Source of the DNA: a virus
IMG/VR virus record: IMGVR_UViG_3300045988_160612
Coordinates: 1-53,202 of that record
DNA: 53,202 nucleotides
Direction: 5' to 3' (one strand)
The notes below the pieces were generated by a model, which was given only the letters and a program-made list of their open reading frames with translations, did not search any database and was not told the origin of the DNA. The position numbers were made by a program, and so were the translations under genes. Positions 22,689 through 32,307 of this stretch are shown in pieces (position 1 is the first letter of the stretch; each line of letters opens with the position of its first letter).

Positions 22689-23681
22689 TTAAGCTCCAAA
22701 GCGCTCTTTATCCTTAGTATAGTGTGCATTTAACTGCTGTTGAGATAAAGCGCTGTTATAATATGCTACCCTATAAAGGTTATATGCCCCTTGGGAGTAA
22801 TATGTGCCCCCTCCTCCAACACACCCGATGTATGGCGCTTTTGTAGATTTTTTGTAGTCTGCCAAAATCAAGTTCAAACTTTCGCTGAGTTCTCCGTTCA
22901 AATAGAGGTTAACAACTTTGCCATCATAAGCTACAGCTACATGGTATTTTGTATCATTATTATAGGGAACTCCAGCAGTGTAGATATATTCTCCTGTAGT
23001 TCCATTAAAGATACCAAAGTTGAGTTTATTGTTTTCTGTAAAAACACCAAAACCTGCTCTGTCAAAATTGTTTATTATATCATTTTCAGAGGTATTACCA
23101 CCTGTAATCTCAAAAAACAACTCCAGCGTGAAATTGTCAGCATCAAAGAGTATCGGTATTCTTAAAGCGCTGTCTGCTCCTGACTCTTTAATGTAATGGT
23201 CTGAGGACAAAAGGGCTTTGCCTGTATCAACCAAATAACGCCTCATTATTGCTTCACTTGACATATCAAGCCAATATGCTCCGTTATCAGCATGACCTTG
23301 ACAAAAATTATAAATACCATCAAAAAATAATTCTGACCCAGAAGTATATCCCAAAATTTCTGGCGTTATTCTTACCCCATCACCCCCTTTCTGACTTGAA
23401 TTAAAATTTGAGCCAGGCGCCGATGTGCCTGCTACAGTAACAGACCCTGAACCAGTCAAATAAAAAGTATCTCTATGCTCTAAATGTAAATAATTGTAGC
23501 TCTCTCCATTTGGAATTGTTACAACTCCATCATCTCCTGCAGCCCTACCAGGAATAAGAGACATAATTACATCTGAGCCAGAGTTATTTTTTACTTCAAA
23601 GCCTAAATAGGTCCTATCAAATTTTATTTCATTTTCACCTGATTCCAATGTTATCTCTTTTACTCTCGCACTTATTACCAT
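22689..23681 (-). CDS. Tail fibre or receptor-binding protein with a C-terminal LamG/concanavalin-like domain.
   Basis: FTLELFFEITGG...YHVAVAYDGKVVNLYLNGEL. The start was set to the ATG at 23681 after AAGGAGG. Confidence 0.6.
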   Translation of the reverse strand: MVISARVKEITLESGENEIKFDRTYLGFEVKNNSGSDVIMSLIPGRAAGDDGVVTIPNGESYNYLHLEHRDTFYLTGSGSVTVAGTSAPGSNFNSSQKGGDGVRITPEILGYTSGSELFFDGIYNFCQGHADNGAYWLDMSSEAIMRRYLVDTGKALLSSDHYIKESGADSALRIPILFDADNFTLELFFEITGGNTSENDIINNFDRAGFGVFTENNKLNFGIFNGTTGEYIYTAGVPYNNDTKYHVAVAYDGKVVNLYLNGELSESLNLILADYKKSTKAPYIGCVGGGGTYYSQGAYNLYRVAYYNSALSQQQLNAHYTKDKERFGA

Positions 23682-23704
23682 AACAAAAACCTCCTTTTTC
23701 AAAA

Positions 23705-24472
23705 TTATGCTGCTGAATTGGAAACTATCCAACTATCTGTATATGTACCAGCACCAACAAAACCGCGGTCGATTCTTCTAAATCCACCGTTTGTATCACG
23801 AACTGTACCGTCCTCATTATATCGGGTCATACTGTAGTTAATTTCACAAAAACTTGAACCATATGTAATGGAAGTTATTTCAAACAATGGCTCTTTTGTC
23901 GTGGCTTCATTCCAGCCCCAGTTGACTGAATAGCAGTTTCCTGTAACCGACTCCCCTGTATTTAAATTAGTTACCGTATATTTATATGATAACGTCCAAT
24001 ATTTTTCCTGTATCGGGTGGGGAGTTTTCTCAACCCAGAATTTAATTTGGACAGAATTTCCTGAATTAGTTACTGTATCAAAATCGCCAGCAGAAATATT
24101 CAAATAATCATTTGTATTATCTGTATTACCTGTTGGAATGGAATCGGGAACATTTATTCCATCATCTGTAGTGTTGTCTGTGCCACCGTTTACTGTGTAA
24201 TTATACAAGTCTTTGTACACACTTGATACATTTACAGGGTCAAAACCTTGTACCCCATAATCTGCAGCGTGATATGTGCCAGGCTCTGTTACCGATAATT
24301 CTTGCAAACTTACAATTTTTTTTACATCAACTATAACCGGATTATAACCTATATATCCTTGCTCTTTTTCAGTGTCAGATAACTGCACAATACCATTTTG
24401 AGCTATAATTATAGACTTTACTTTGCCAGCAGTTGTACCATAGCTGGCGAGAGCGCTTGATATCAAACCCAT
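23705..24472 (-). CDS. Tail fibre or receptor-binding paralog B.
   Basis: The N-terminal ~95 aa are homologous to 24484..25272 (GKVK, GYIGYNPV, LQELSVTEPGTY, GFDPVNVS..YKDLY). The C-termini are unrelated. Confidence 0.55.
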   Translation of the reverse strand: MGLISSALASYGTTAGKVKSIIIAQNGIVQLSDTEKEQGYIGYNPVIVDVKKIVSLQELSVTEPGTYHAADYGVQGFDPVNVSSVYKDLYNYTVNGGTDNTTDDGINVPDSIPTGNTDNTNDYLNISAGDFDTVTNSGNSVQIKFWVEKTPHPIQEKYWTLSYKYTVTNLNTGESVTGNCYSVNWGWNEATTKEPLFEITSITYGSSFCEINYSMTRYNEDGTVRDTNGGFRRIDRGFVGAGTYTDSWIVSNSAA

Positions 24473-24483
24473 TTTGCTCCTCC

Positions 24484-25272
24484 TTAGGAATAGACAGCCT
24501 GTAAAAATACTGGGTGGTCATCTGAAAAAAACCCAGCTTTTACCGAACTTGCCTGTAAGTAAAATGCAAAATATGCTTTGTTAGCGCTAACTTTCTCATT
24601 TCCTGAGTAGGTATTGCCCTCAATTATTAGCTCCCCCAAAGTAATTCTTATACCCTCTGGGCGGAAGTTTATTAGAGAGATACCAGAAGCTGTTGTATTG
24701 GTGTACCAATAGCGACTTGCCATGCTTGAATAGGTGTCTCCAGTTTTAAGGTTGGTCATCTCAACTTGTAAACATTTTTGATACTCTAAAAACGCCCCAG
24801 TATGAGTATGGTAAACCTCTTCAGTTATGGTGTAGAGACGCACTTTAACACCAGTCTTTGGGTCAACTACTGTAACCTCGTCATTTACCATTACCCCTGT
24901 CCAGCCAGTCCATGTCGTCTCTACCGCATTATCCAGCACAATTTCATTGCCGTCCTCGTCAGTAATTCCTGTATCTATGCTTTCACCCTCACCCTTTGCT
25001 TGTTCATACAATTTCTTGTACTTATCGCTCACAATTACAGGGTCAAACCCGTCACAGCTGTAGGTCTTAGCATAGTAGGTTCCTGGTTCGGAGACCGCCA
25101 ACTCCTGGATTTTCGGGGTGACATCGACATTGGTGGTGATAGGGTTAAAGCCTACATACCCGCTTGGAGCCGTATAGGTTCCGTTTTTTGTGATGGTAAG
25201 CTCTTTGACCTTGCCAGGCTCAGAACCATATTGCGCCATCGCATAAGCGATTAAACCACCAACGTTCTTCAT
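24484..25272 (-). CDS. Tail fibre or receptor-binding paralog A.
   Basis: See paralog B. ATGA overlap with the upstream gene. Confidence 0.55.
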   Translation of the reverse strand: MKNVGGLIAYAMAQYGSEPGKVKELTITKNGTYTAPSGYVGFNPITTNVDVTPKIQELAVSEPGTYYAKTYSCDGFDPVIVSDKYKKLYEQAKGEGESIDTGITDEDGNEIVLDNAVETTWTGWTGVMVNDEVTVVDPKTGVKVRLYTITEEVYHTHTGAFLEYQKCLQVEMTNLKTGDTYSSMASRYWYTNTTASGISLINFRPEGIRITLGELIIEGNTYSGNEKVSANKAYFAFYLQASSVKAGFFSDDHPVFLQAVYS

Positions 25273-25502
25273 GATGTACCGCCTCCAGAGGACTTATATG
25301 TGCGTTGCCAAGTAGGGTTTTGCTTGCTGCCGTCCTCCGCTAAAGTCCAAGAGACTGTAACATCATACGGAGCGTAGTGAAATGTAAGGGAGTTAGTACC
25401 TGGCATTGTACCTAATAATGGATAAGTACAAATAAGGTCTCCGCCAAAGTAGTACAACCCATCTTTGAGCGCAACTGCTTTTAATTTGGTGTCATTAGCC
25501 AC
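25269..25502 (-). CDS. Small tail-module protein, hypothetical.
   Basis: The start was set to the GTG at 25502 after GGGAGG. The track start at 25520 is TTG. Confidence 0.45.
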   Translation of the reverse strand: MANDTKLKAVALKDGLYYFGGDLICTYPLLGTMPGTNSLTFHYAPYDVTVSWTLAEDGSKQNPTWQRTYKSSGGGTS

Positions 25503-26556
25503 TGTTTGTCGCCTCCCCAACTCCAGAATCGTCCCAAACTGCTCCTATTTCCTGAGACACTGTAAACCCATTATATTTTACATTTAACTCTACTCTTCTT
25601 TGCAAATCTCTTTCCGTCATTCCGATGTACTCAAAATCTGATATCTGCCTACCATTACATGATACAGATGTATAAATTCCTTTTGTTGTCAATTTATAAT
25701 CTGCATTCATAACATAATAGGTTGCTGTCTCATTTACAAACTTTATCTGACACATAGGCGGTAAGAATCTATCAACTTTTACAGTTTCACATGATACATC
25801 TGCACCAAACGATTTACCAATTAAGCTTGTCAAACTAACATTAGTTGTTATATTAGGGTCTGCTAATGGGCATACTAATCTTAGCACTCCAGATGGCTTT
25901 GGCTCCTCTGAACCTCTGATTATGTATATTCCCATACTCTCTAACGTTTTCCCCTCTGCTGTTTGCCCATTGCTTAAAAGTGTGGGCATTTCCATATTTG
26001 ATTTAAAAATATCAATTTCAGAAATTTTTACATCTGTAAATCCTTTTGTTAATACAGAATAATCATCTTGACCAATTTCCAAATAATCAGAAGTCAAAGA
26101 AAATTTTGCTTTTCCAAATTCAGAAACTTCTACAGCATAATTGGCTGCACTTAGCATCGAACCATAAGAAAACAAATCCCTTATACTCCAACCAGTTTCT
26201 CCCTCTGTATTTTTAGTTGCTGCTGCCGATGGAATATCAACATCTATTGTAATTCCCGATAATATTGTTAATTCCTCTTTTGCTTTCTGGAATTGCTCCC
26301 CAACAGTACCAACCATTTGATAAGAGTTATCAAGATAAGCGCTTACATCTTGCCCCGAAAACTGTAAAGAATTTTCCACAACTGCACATGATTTCATGAC
26401 CCATTGATGTAAAACTTTTAAGGTTCTATCTGCCAATTTCCTGTACAGCGTAATAAAAGCATTTAACTGTATATCATTATTTTTATAAACTATATTTCCA
26501 GAAATTGTTAAACCAGCACATTGACCAACGGTAAAACCATCAGAAGATACTGACAT
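25495..26556 (-). CDS. Tail (baseplate or tip) protein. The frame stays open to 26664 upstream of the first ATG, so it may be made as a +1 frameshift fusion with 26639..27034.
   Basis: 353-aa ORF in the tail module. There is no SD in front of the ATG at 26556. The 36 in-frame codons upstream contain no ATG, GTG or TTG. Confidence 0.6.
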   Translation of the reverse strand: MSVSSDGFTVGQCAGLTISGNIVYKNNDIQLNAFITLYRKLADRTLKVLHQWVMKSCAVVENSLQFSGQDVSAYLDNSYQMVGTVGEQFQKAKEELTILSGITIDVDIPSAAATKNTEGETGWSIRDLFSYGSMLSAANYAVEVSEFGKAKFSLTSDYLEIGQDDYSVLTKGFTDVKISEIDIFKSNMEMPTLLSNGQTAEGKTLESMGIYIIRGSEEPKPSGVLRLVCPLADPNITTNVSLTSLIGKSFGADVSCETVKVDRFLPPMCQIKFVNETATYYVMNADYKLTTKGIYTSVSCNGRQISDFEYIGMTERDLQRRVELNVKYNGFTVSQEIGAVWDDSGVGEATNSG

Positions 26557-26638
26557 TGATATGGATAAATCTTCTGGAATTTCATCATTTCCATACTGAA
26601 TTCCACCAACTTCTAAAATATAATCCCAGTAATCTGAG

Positions 26639-26653
26639 CTACCCCGAACCTCC
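26639..26653 (-). other. Candidate programmed +1 frameshift site: GGAGGU-UCG-GGG-UAG.
   Basis: An SD-like GGAGGU is followed by a 3-nt spacer, a GGG codon and an in-frame UAG. The +1 frame (GGU AGC UCA...) is the open frame of 25495..26556. Confidence 0.45.
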
Positions 26654-27034
26654 AGAAAAATTTGTTACTTCTTCCAACAAAACATCTGGCAAGGTCCAAA
26701 ATTTTCTGCCATCATCGGACACAAAGTAGGAAGCTGCTGGGAGATTTTCACAAGTAAATTTCTTTGTAACCGAGCCCAGTTGCGGGTCAATATACTCAAC
26801 AGAAATTTCTCTTGATGATTTTATACTTGTGAACAATGTTTGTATCTGACTATTTTCCATAGGCTCAAAAGATATAGTTAATTGTCTTTTATCGCCTAAG
26901 TAATTCCTAATTGTTTTTCCTGAAACTGCTACATAATTTGGAGAGCTTGAAAACTGCTCAACTATTTTTACATCATAACTTTTTAAATACTTGTCAATTA
27001 TCGTACCGTTAATTTTTATCGAAAACATCTGCAT
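26639..27034 (-). CDS. Minor or distal tail protein, directly downstream of the tape measure gene.
   Basis: Its position after the TMP. 131 aa. Confidence 0.55.
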   Translation of the reverse strand: MQMFSIKINGTIIDKYLKSYDVKIVEQFSSSPNYVAVSGKTIRNYLGDKRQLTISFEPMENSQIQTLFTSIKSSREISVEYIDPQLGSVTKKFTCENLPAASYFVSDDGRKFWTLPDVLLEEVTNFSGGSG

Positions 27035-27048
27035 AATTCAAGCCCTCC

Positions 27049-30000
27049 TTATACCCTAAGATTTAAGTTACCAGAACTTTGAGCATATGAATTTAATGCT
27101 GCTCTGGAAACTCTTGCAAACTCTGTCTCATCAATTTCTAACACGATATCCCCATCGGGCTGTGCTTCTTTTATAGCACTTACCACATCTGCTTTTGTAA
27201 GCCCGCTACCACCATAATAGCGATTAAATGTGTTGTTATATGCTGCTGTATTTTGCGTGCCATATCCGCCACCGTAGATGGGTGCAAACGCCTGTGCAGT
27301 TGCTCCGGCTACACCAGAAGTTCCTGACATAAACTGATTTACACTACCAAAGACTGTAGCCCAGTCAATATTAAAATTATCTGTAAATGTTTTTGCTGCT
27401 CTCTCAGCCAAATTAGAAAATACATCTAATACACTTTGCTGATATCCAGACAAACCATTTATAAATCCTTGCATTACATTCTGTCCTACTTCCTCATACA
27501 CTGTGGAGGGGGAATGTATTCCAAGAAGATTCTTAACTTCATCAAGATTTTTAGTCATGATTTCCTTTAATGCACCCTCACTCTGGTCTGCATTATCCTC
27601 AATTCCTTTAACAAAACCTTGAATGATTTCCTCACCTACTAATTCAATTCCCTCAGGAATTTTACTAAATATATTTTTAAACTTTTTACCATAATCCTTT
27701 TCAAAAGCATCAATTTGTGTCTGATAAAATTTATCAGAAAACTGCTTGCTTTCATCGACCAATTTATCATACTGTTTGCTATATGTTTTTAAACTCTGAG
27801 CAGACATATTGTTTAAACTCTCGGCATACTTAGAACCCTCTTCCATATCCATGCCAAGAATTTTCTGTAACAGATTTTGACTAATTCCTTTTGACTGCAA
27901 TTTTTCTAATGTTTTATTATACTTCTCAACCTGCTTTATCTGGTCTTTTAAACCCTGAGTAGAAGCTGTAAAAGTTTCTTTCTCCTCATAAGCCTGCTTT
28001 GTACTATTCCAAACTCGCTTTGTTTGTCTCTCATACAAATCAACGGAATTTACTAAATTATTATATAATGTTTTTTGTGATTCAGATATTTTGCTATATG
28101 CTGTACTTGCCTCAGACTGTAAATCTTCATAAGACTTTTGCCAAGTCGAAAATGCTTTTTCTGCATTTTCCTGGTCTTGCTTTGCGACCTTATCGCCCAT
28201 TTCTTTTCTGCCCAAAACAATTTTTTTATTTATCTCTTTGTACAGGGAATCTGTCTTATCTAATCCATCACGGATTATCTCCATATCCTTGTACATCATT
28301 TCCTCGGTGTAGCCCTCTTCTACGCTATTTCTGTATTCTAAATCCGATATTCTTTCTCTAATGTTATTTTCAAATTCTGTCCTTTGCTGTTCTACCAACT
28401 GCTCTTGTTCTTTTGCATCTTGCTCCTGCTGCCTCTTTCTTTCTTCCGCCTGCTGTTCCTCATACTTTAATGATTTATTATATTCCTTTATCCAGGTCTG
28501 GTCGTATTCCTGCCTTGACGTTTCAAGCAATTCTTTTCTTTGTTTTTGGTACTCTTCTTCCGAAGATATTTGACGTAATTGCCATTTCCTATCAAGCTCA
28601 CTTATATCTTCCCACATTTTCTCGGTTTTTCTTGCTTGCTCTTCCGCTTGCCTTTCCTTTTCTGCTATCTCATCTGCATGGATTTCTTTATCCTTTGCTT
28701 CTCTGTCCCTTGCATACTGATTCTGAGTATCAATAGTTGCCTCTAACGAATCTCTATAAACACCCTCTACTTTTTCGCCAGCATCAAGTCTAAGCTGTAC
28801 CATTTTTTGTTCGCCCTCGGCTAACTGTTGCTCTGCTTCAAACTGTACATTAGTAGCTTGTACCCATGCTTCTGATAATTCTTGCCATTGCTCCTTGGCA
28901 TTATTATAATACGTTCTCATGTAATTGTCAATATCCATGCCAAATTCTTTAGCTTCTTTTATCCTCTTGCCACTAACATCGGCAGTTCCATATTTAGCAA
29001 ACTTTTGCCACTCTTTTTCTGCCTGTAAATAAGCATCATGAGCATCTAAAACTTTTTGCTCTAACTCCTCAGCCTGTTCTTTAGCTTCATTCAAAGTATT
29101 ATACAGTGTAACATTTTTCTGAGACTGTGCTTCCAACTCTGCCTGCGCTGCCAACTTTTGTGTATAGGCATCAACTTGGAAAACCAAATCTTTATATCCT
29201 TGTACCTGGTCATCAATATAAGCTTTATTTTCTGGGAAAATCTCATTTAATTGCTCAATAATTTGCTGCGCTGCTGACAACTCAGTCGCTGTCAAATTAG
29301 CTTTATCTGCATATTCTCCTAACATATTAGTTAGAGTAACCAACTGATTTATCTGCTCATTATTTGCCGAAGCAGTTTCATTATATTGATTCTGTGCATC
29401 TACCATGGAATTTTCTAACTTCTCAGAATTTTCCACCAGTTCTTTATACTCAGAATTTAATTCCTTATATTGTTGAATTGCTTCCGATATTTTTTCACTA
29501 TGCCTAACATATGCAGCAACTACTAACGCTATACCAGCTGCAACTGCTGTATATGGATTAGCTAACATTGCTGCATTGGCTGCTAATTGTGCAGTTTTTA
29601 ATGCTATCAATTTGGCAATAGATGTTTGTACAACAGTATTGCAGGCAACTAAGCCGGCTGTAAAAATAGGTATTGCAGTTACAATTCCCGCCAAAGCTGC
29701 TTTTACATCAATTATGATATCTTTTATTTTGGTACCAAAATTGATTAAATTAGGAATTGCAGTATTAGCAGCAAAATCCACAATCTTTACAAACAAATCC
29801 CCAGCTTCCTGAGATATCTTTTGTAAAGCTTCTTGCATCTCGCTTGACTGCAATTTTTTGTTTAGCTCATCGATAGATGTAGTTGCTGATTCTACAGCCT
29901 GAGTAAAATTAACTTTTAAGGAATCATATGCAGCAATTCCAGCACCCTCTAACGCAGATTGGAAAATTGTTATTGCACCTTTCAAATTTTGCTGCATTGT

Positions 30001-31026
30001 CTCAGCCATCATTGCTGCTGCATCATTACTATTTTCTATGTTATTATATAAATTATCCCATTCTTCACTATATCCTGCCAGCAAAGCTCTCGCCGATTTC
30101 AGCTGTCTTGCATCAAAGATATTTGCAAGTGCTGTGTCTCTTTCTTGCTGGGTGGCCATGTTATTAAGAATATCATTTAATTCTCCGAAAATCTGATTTA
30201 ATGGCTTCATATTGCCAACTGCATCATACGCAGACAAACCAATGGAGTTCATATATTCCGCAGCTTTTTCTGTGGGAACTGTCAAGTTAAGTAAAACTTG
30301 TCTTAATGCTGTGCCACCCTCGGCTGCCTTAATACCATTATTTGCAAGAATACCTAAAGCTGTATCAAGTTCTGTAACCCCACCAGCTAAACTTCTTGCT
30401 GTACCACCAATAGTGAGAATACCCTCCCCTAATTGTGCTACATTGGTATTTGATTTCTGGGAAGTTTTTGCCAATTTATCTGTAAATGAAGCAGCTTCAT
30501 CTATAGACAAGCCCAAAGCTGACATACTATCCGTAACCATGTCGGAAGCTTTTGCTAAGTCCATATCTCCAGCAGCTGCTACATTAAGAATTGTAGGGAG
30601 TAACGATATACTTTCCTCAACATTATAACCTGCTAATGCTAAATAGTTCAAAGCATCAGCAGCCTGTGTTGCTGTGTATTTTGTTGTTGCTCCCATTTCC
30701 TTGGCTGCTTCTGCCAAAGCATTATACTCATCAACATTATTTGCTACATCTTCCGCAGTCATGCCCATTGTAGCTGCTACTTGCGCCATAGAAGCTTCAA
30801 AGCTCTGGCCTACGTCCAAAACAGACTTCATTGCTAATGTAGCTGCTGTTGTAACTGCTGCAAATGCAGCTGCTGCCGCTTTTCCTGCTACATCAAAAAC
30901 ATTACTTAAACCATCAACAGCTGCATCTAGCTGCTCTGTTTTGGTATGGACCTCATCATACTTGCTTTGGAAGTCACTAATGTTTAATTTTATGTAGCCT
31001 ATCGCATCTCCAAGATTATATGCCAT
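27049..31026 (-). CDS. Tail tape measure protein.
   Basis: 1325 aa with an Ala/Gly-rich helical N-terminus containing hydrophobic segments and long E/K/Q coiled-coil repeats. It follows the chaperone pair. Confidence 0.9.
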   Translation of the reverse strand: MAYNLGDAIGYIKLNISDFQSKYDEVHTKTEQLDAAVDGLSNVFDVAGKAAAAAFAAVTTAATLAMKSVLDVGQSFEASMAQVAATMGMTAEDVANNVDEYNALAEAAKEMGATTKYTATQAADALNYLALAGYNVEESISLLPTILNVAAAGDMDLAKASDMVTDSMSALGLSIDEAASFTDKLAKTSQKSNTNVAQLGEGILTIGGTARSLAGGVTELDTALGILANNGIKAAEGGTALRQVLLNLTVPTEKAAEYMNSIGLSAYDAVGNMKPLNQIFGELNDILNNMATQQERDTALANIFDARQLKSARALLAGYSEEWDNLYNNIENSNDAAAMMAETMQQNLKGAITIFQSALEGAGIAAYDSLKVNFTQAVESATTSIDELNKKLQSSEMQEALQKISQEAGDLFVKIVDFAANTAIPNLINFGTKIKDIIIDVKAALAGIVTAIPIFTAGLVACNTVVQTSIAKLIALKTAQLAANAAMLANPYTAVAAGIALVVAAYVRHSEKISEAIQQYKELNSEYKELVENSEKLENSMVDAQNQYNETASANNEQINQLVTLTNMLGEYADKANLTATELSAAQQIIEQLNEIFPENKAYIDDQVQGYKDLVFQVDAYTQKLAAQAELEAQSQKNVTLYNTLNEAKEQAEELEQKVLDAHDAYLQAEKEWQKFAKYGTADVSGKRIKEAKEFGMDIDNYMRTYYNNAKEQWQELSEAWVQATNVQFEAEQQLAEGEQKMVQLRLDAGEKVEGVYRDSLEATIDTQNQYARDREAKDKEIHADEIAEKERQAEEQARKTEKMWEDISELDRKWQLRQISSEEEYQKQRKELLETSRQEYDQTWIKEYNKSLKYEEQQAEERKRQQEQDAKEQEQLVEQQRTEFENNIRERISDLEYRNSVEEGYTEEMMYKDMEIIRDGLDKTDSLYKEINKKIVLGRKEMGDKVAKQDQENAEKAFSTWQKSYEDLQSEASTAYSKISESQKTLYNNLVNSVDLYERQTKRVWNSTKQAYEEKETFTASTQGLKDQIKQVEKYNKTLEKLQSKGISQNLLQKILGMDMEEGSKYAESLNNMSAQSLKTYSKQYDKLVDESKQFSDKFYQTQIDAFEKDYGKKFKNIFSKIPEGIELVGEEIIQGFVKGIEDNADQSEGALKEIMTKNLDEVKNLLGIHSPSTVYEEVGQNVMQGFINGLSGYQQSVLDVFSNLAERAAKTFTDNFNIDWATVFGSVNQFMSGTSGVAGATAQAFAPIYGGGYGTQNTAAYNNTFNRYYGGSGLTKADVVSAIKEAQPDGDIVLEIDETEFARVSRAALNSYAQSSGNLNLRV

Positions 31027-31328
31027 TAAGTATTAGTCACCCCCAAACTTGCATAAAAATCGGACATTGATTTATAGTGTTTTTTAGGTTTGTCCCCATT
31101 ATCAAACTTCAATTCTTTTCCATCTTCCAACGCATCTAATAAAAAAATACAAGCTTCATCAAAGCAATATGCAGCATATTCTTTCCGAATATTTAAAATA
31201 TCACTTGGACGTTGCTTGTATTTTTTTGACATAGCTAAAATATTAAGAATTTGCGGGGACCTCACAAAATTTAGACAATTTTGCTGCATCAAGCTTAACA
31301 GCATCAAAAATAGCAAAAATCTGCTCAT
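31026..31328 (-). CDS. Frameshift extension (T-like part) of the tail assembly chaperone.
   Basis: It overlaps the 3' end of 31243..31674 in the +1 frame, has no RBS of its own, and ends at the TMP start. Confidence 0.5.
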   Translation of the reverse strand: MSRFLLFLMLLSLMQQNCLNFVRSPQILNILAMSKKYKQRPSDILNIRKEYAAYCFDEACIFLLDALEDGKELKFDNGDKPKKHYKSMSDFYASLGVTNT

Positions 31329-31674
31329 CTGTTAAACCACCAGTATATTTGTTAATATCCTCTATTGTAGGATTTACCAAACAGCTTTCTGCAACATATT
31401 TCATAAACTTTATAGATTCTATCTTTGCTTTTCTGCTCTGCTCTTCTCGTGCTTCCTTTTCTGCTTCACTTATGTTTTCCTTAGCAGCTTCCTCGCCAAT
31501 AACTTTCATTGCATCACCGATAATGGGATTATAAATCCTGCCGGAACATACCATATCAATGATAGAGGGATTTTTTAACTCTACTGTTAATTTACTTCCA
31601 TCTGCAAAAGGAGGAAGCTCAACAACAAATGTATTTTTTATTTTCGCAAGTTCTTCTATTGTAGTCACTGACAT
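31243..31674 (-). CDS. Tail assembly chaperone (G-like).
   Basis: It lies between the major tail protein and the TMP. It is acidic, 143 aa, and has an overlapping downstream frame. Confidence 0.7.
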   Translation of the reverse strand: MSVTTIEELAKIKNTFVVELPPFADGSKLTVELKNPSIIDMVCSGRIYNPIIGDAMKVIGEEAAKENISEAEKEAREEQSRKAKIESIKFMKYVAESCLVNPTIEDINKYTGGLTDEQIFAIFDAVKLDAAKLSKFCEVPANS

Positions 31675-31702
31675 CTTTTATTTCCTCATTTCTTAAATCT
31701 TA

Positions 31703-32290
31703 TTAGGTTGCCCAGGAAGCCTCTCCAAGTTCAGGCAAGCTCTTAACCATTGTTATCTTATAGGGCGCTTCTCCATCGCCAGGTGCAGAAATAATGCTAT
31801 ATTCAGGAGTTGTAAATGTATCGTCCTGTACAGACATAGAAACAGGAACGCCAGTACAGTTAGGGTACTCTGTTTTCTCATAGTCAAGAATGATACCAGA
31901 AGCATCATAGTGTGCAGCATAAACATTGAGAGTAAACGGAGTTGCTTCATTCTCTGCTCCAGCAACAGGTGGAGTGTAACTCTCAAACGCTCCATCAGTA
32001 CCATATGTAATGGAACCACCCTGAAGAACCTTAACAAGTTCGGGATTGAACACGTTATCTGTAAGGGTAATTGTATTACCTGTGAGAGTATCAACCTGTC
32101 TCTTTTGGGCAATAAGTACACCCTTAACAATCAACTTAATTGCATCTGTAGTTTCAATAGATGGGTCAACCTGAATCTGTGTAGCTGTTTTCAAGCCGAT
32201 TTCAGTTGTGGCACCAACTTCCCCGCCAACGGTAATTGTTACCATAGCAACATCTATTGTAGCAATTTCATGACCTTTTTTAAATGCCAT
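31703..32290 (-). CDS. Major tail protein.
   Basis: Its position is conserved, it is 195 aa and beta-rich, and it has a strong RBS. Confidence 0.7.
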   Translation of the reverse strand: MAFKKGHEIATIDVAMVTITVGGEVGATTEIGLKTATQIQVDPSIETTDAIKLIVKGVLIAQKRQVDTLTGNTITLTDNVFNPELVKVLQGGSITYGTDGAFESYTPPVAGAENEATPFTLNVYAAHYDASGIILDYEKTEYPNCTGVPVSMSVQDDTFTTPEYSIISAPGDGEAPYKITMVKSLPELGEASWAT

Positions 32291-32307
32291 ATCTCTTTAT
32301 CCTCCTT

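Noticed and set aside
31753-32130. Nested same-strand alternative-frame ORFs (31753..32130, 34140..34355, 37990..38193, 21255..21437).
   Set aside because: Each lies entirely inside a longer ORF with structural or enzymatic assignment. None has an RBS, and their composition is implausible.
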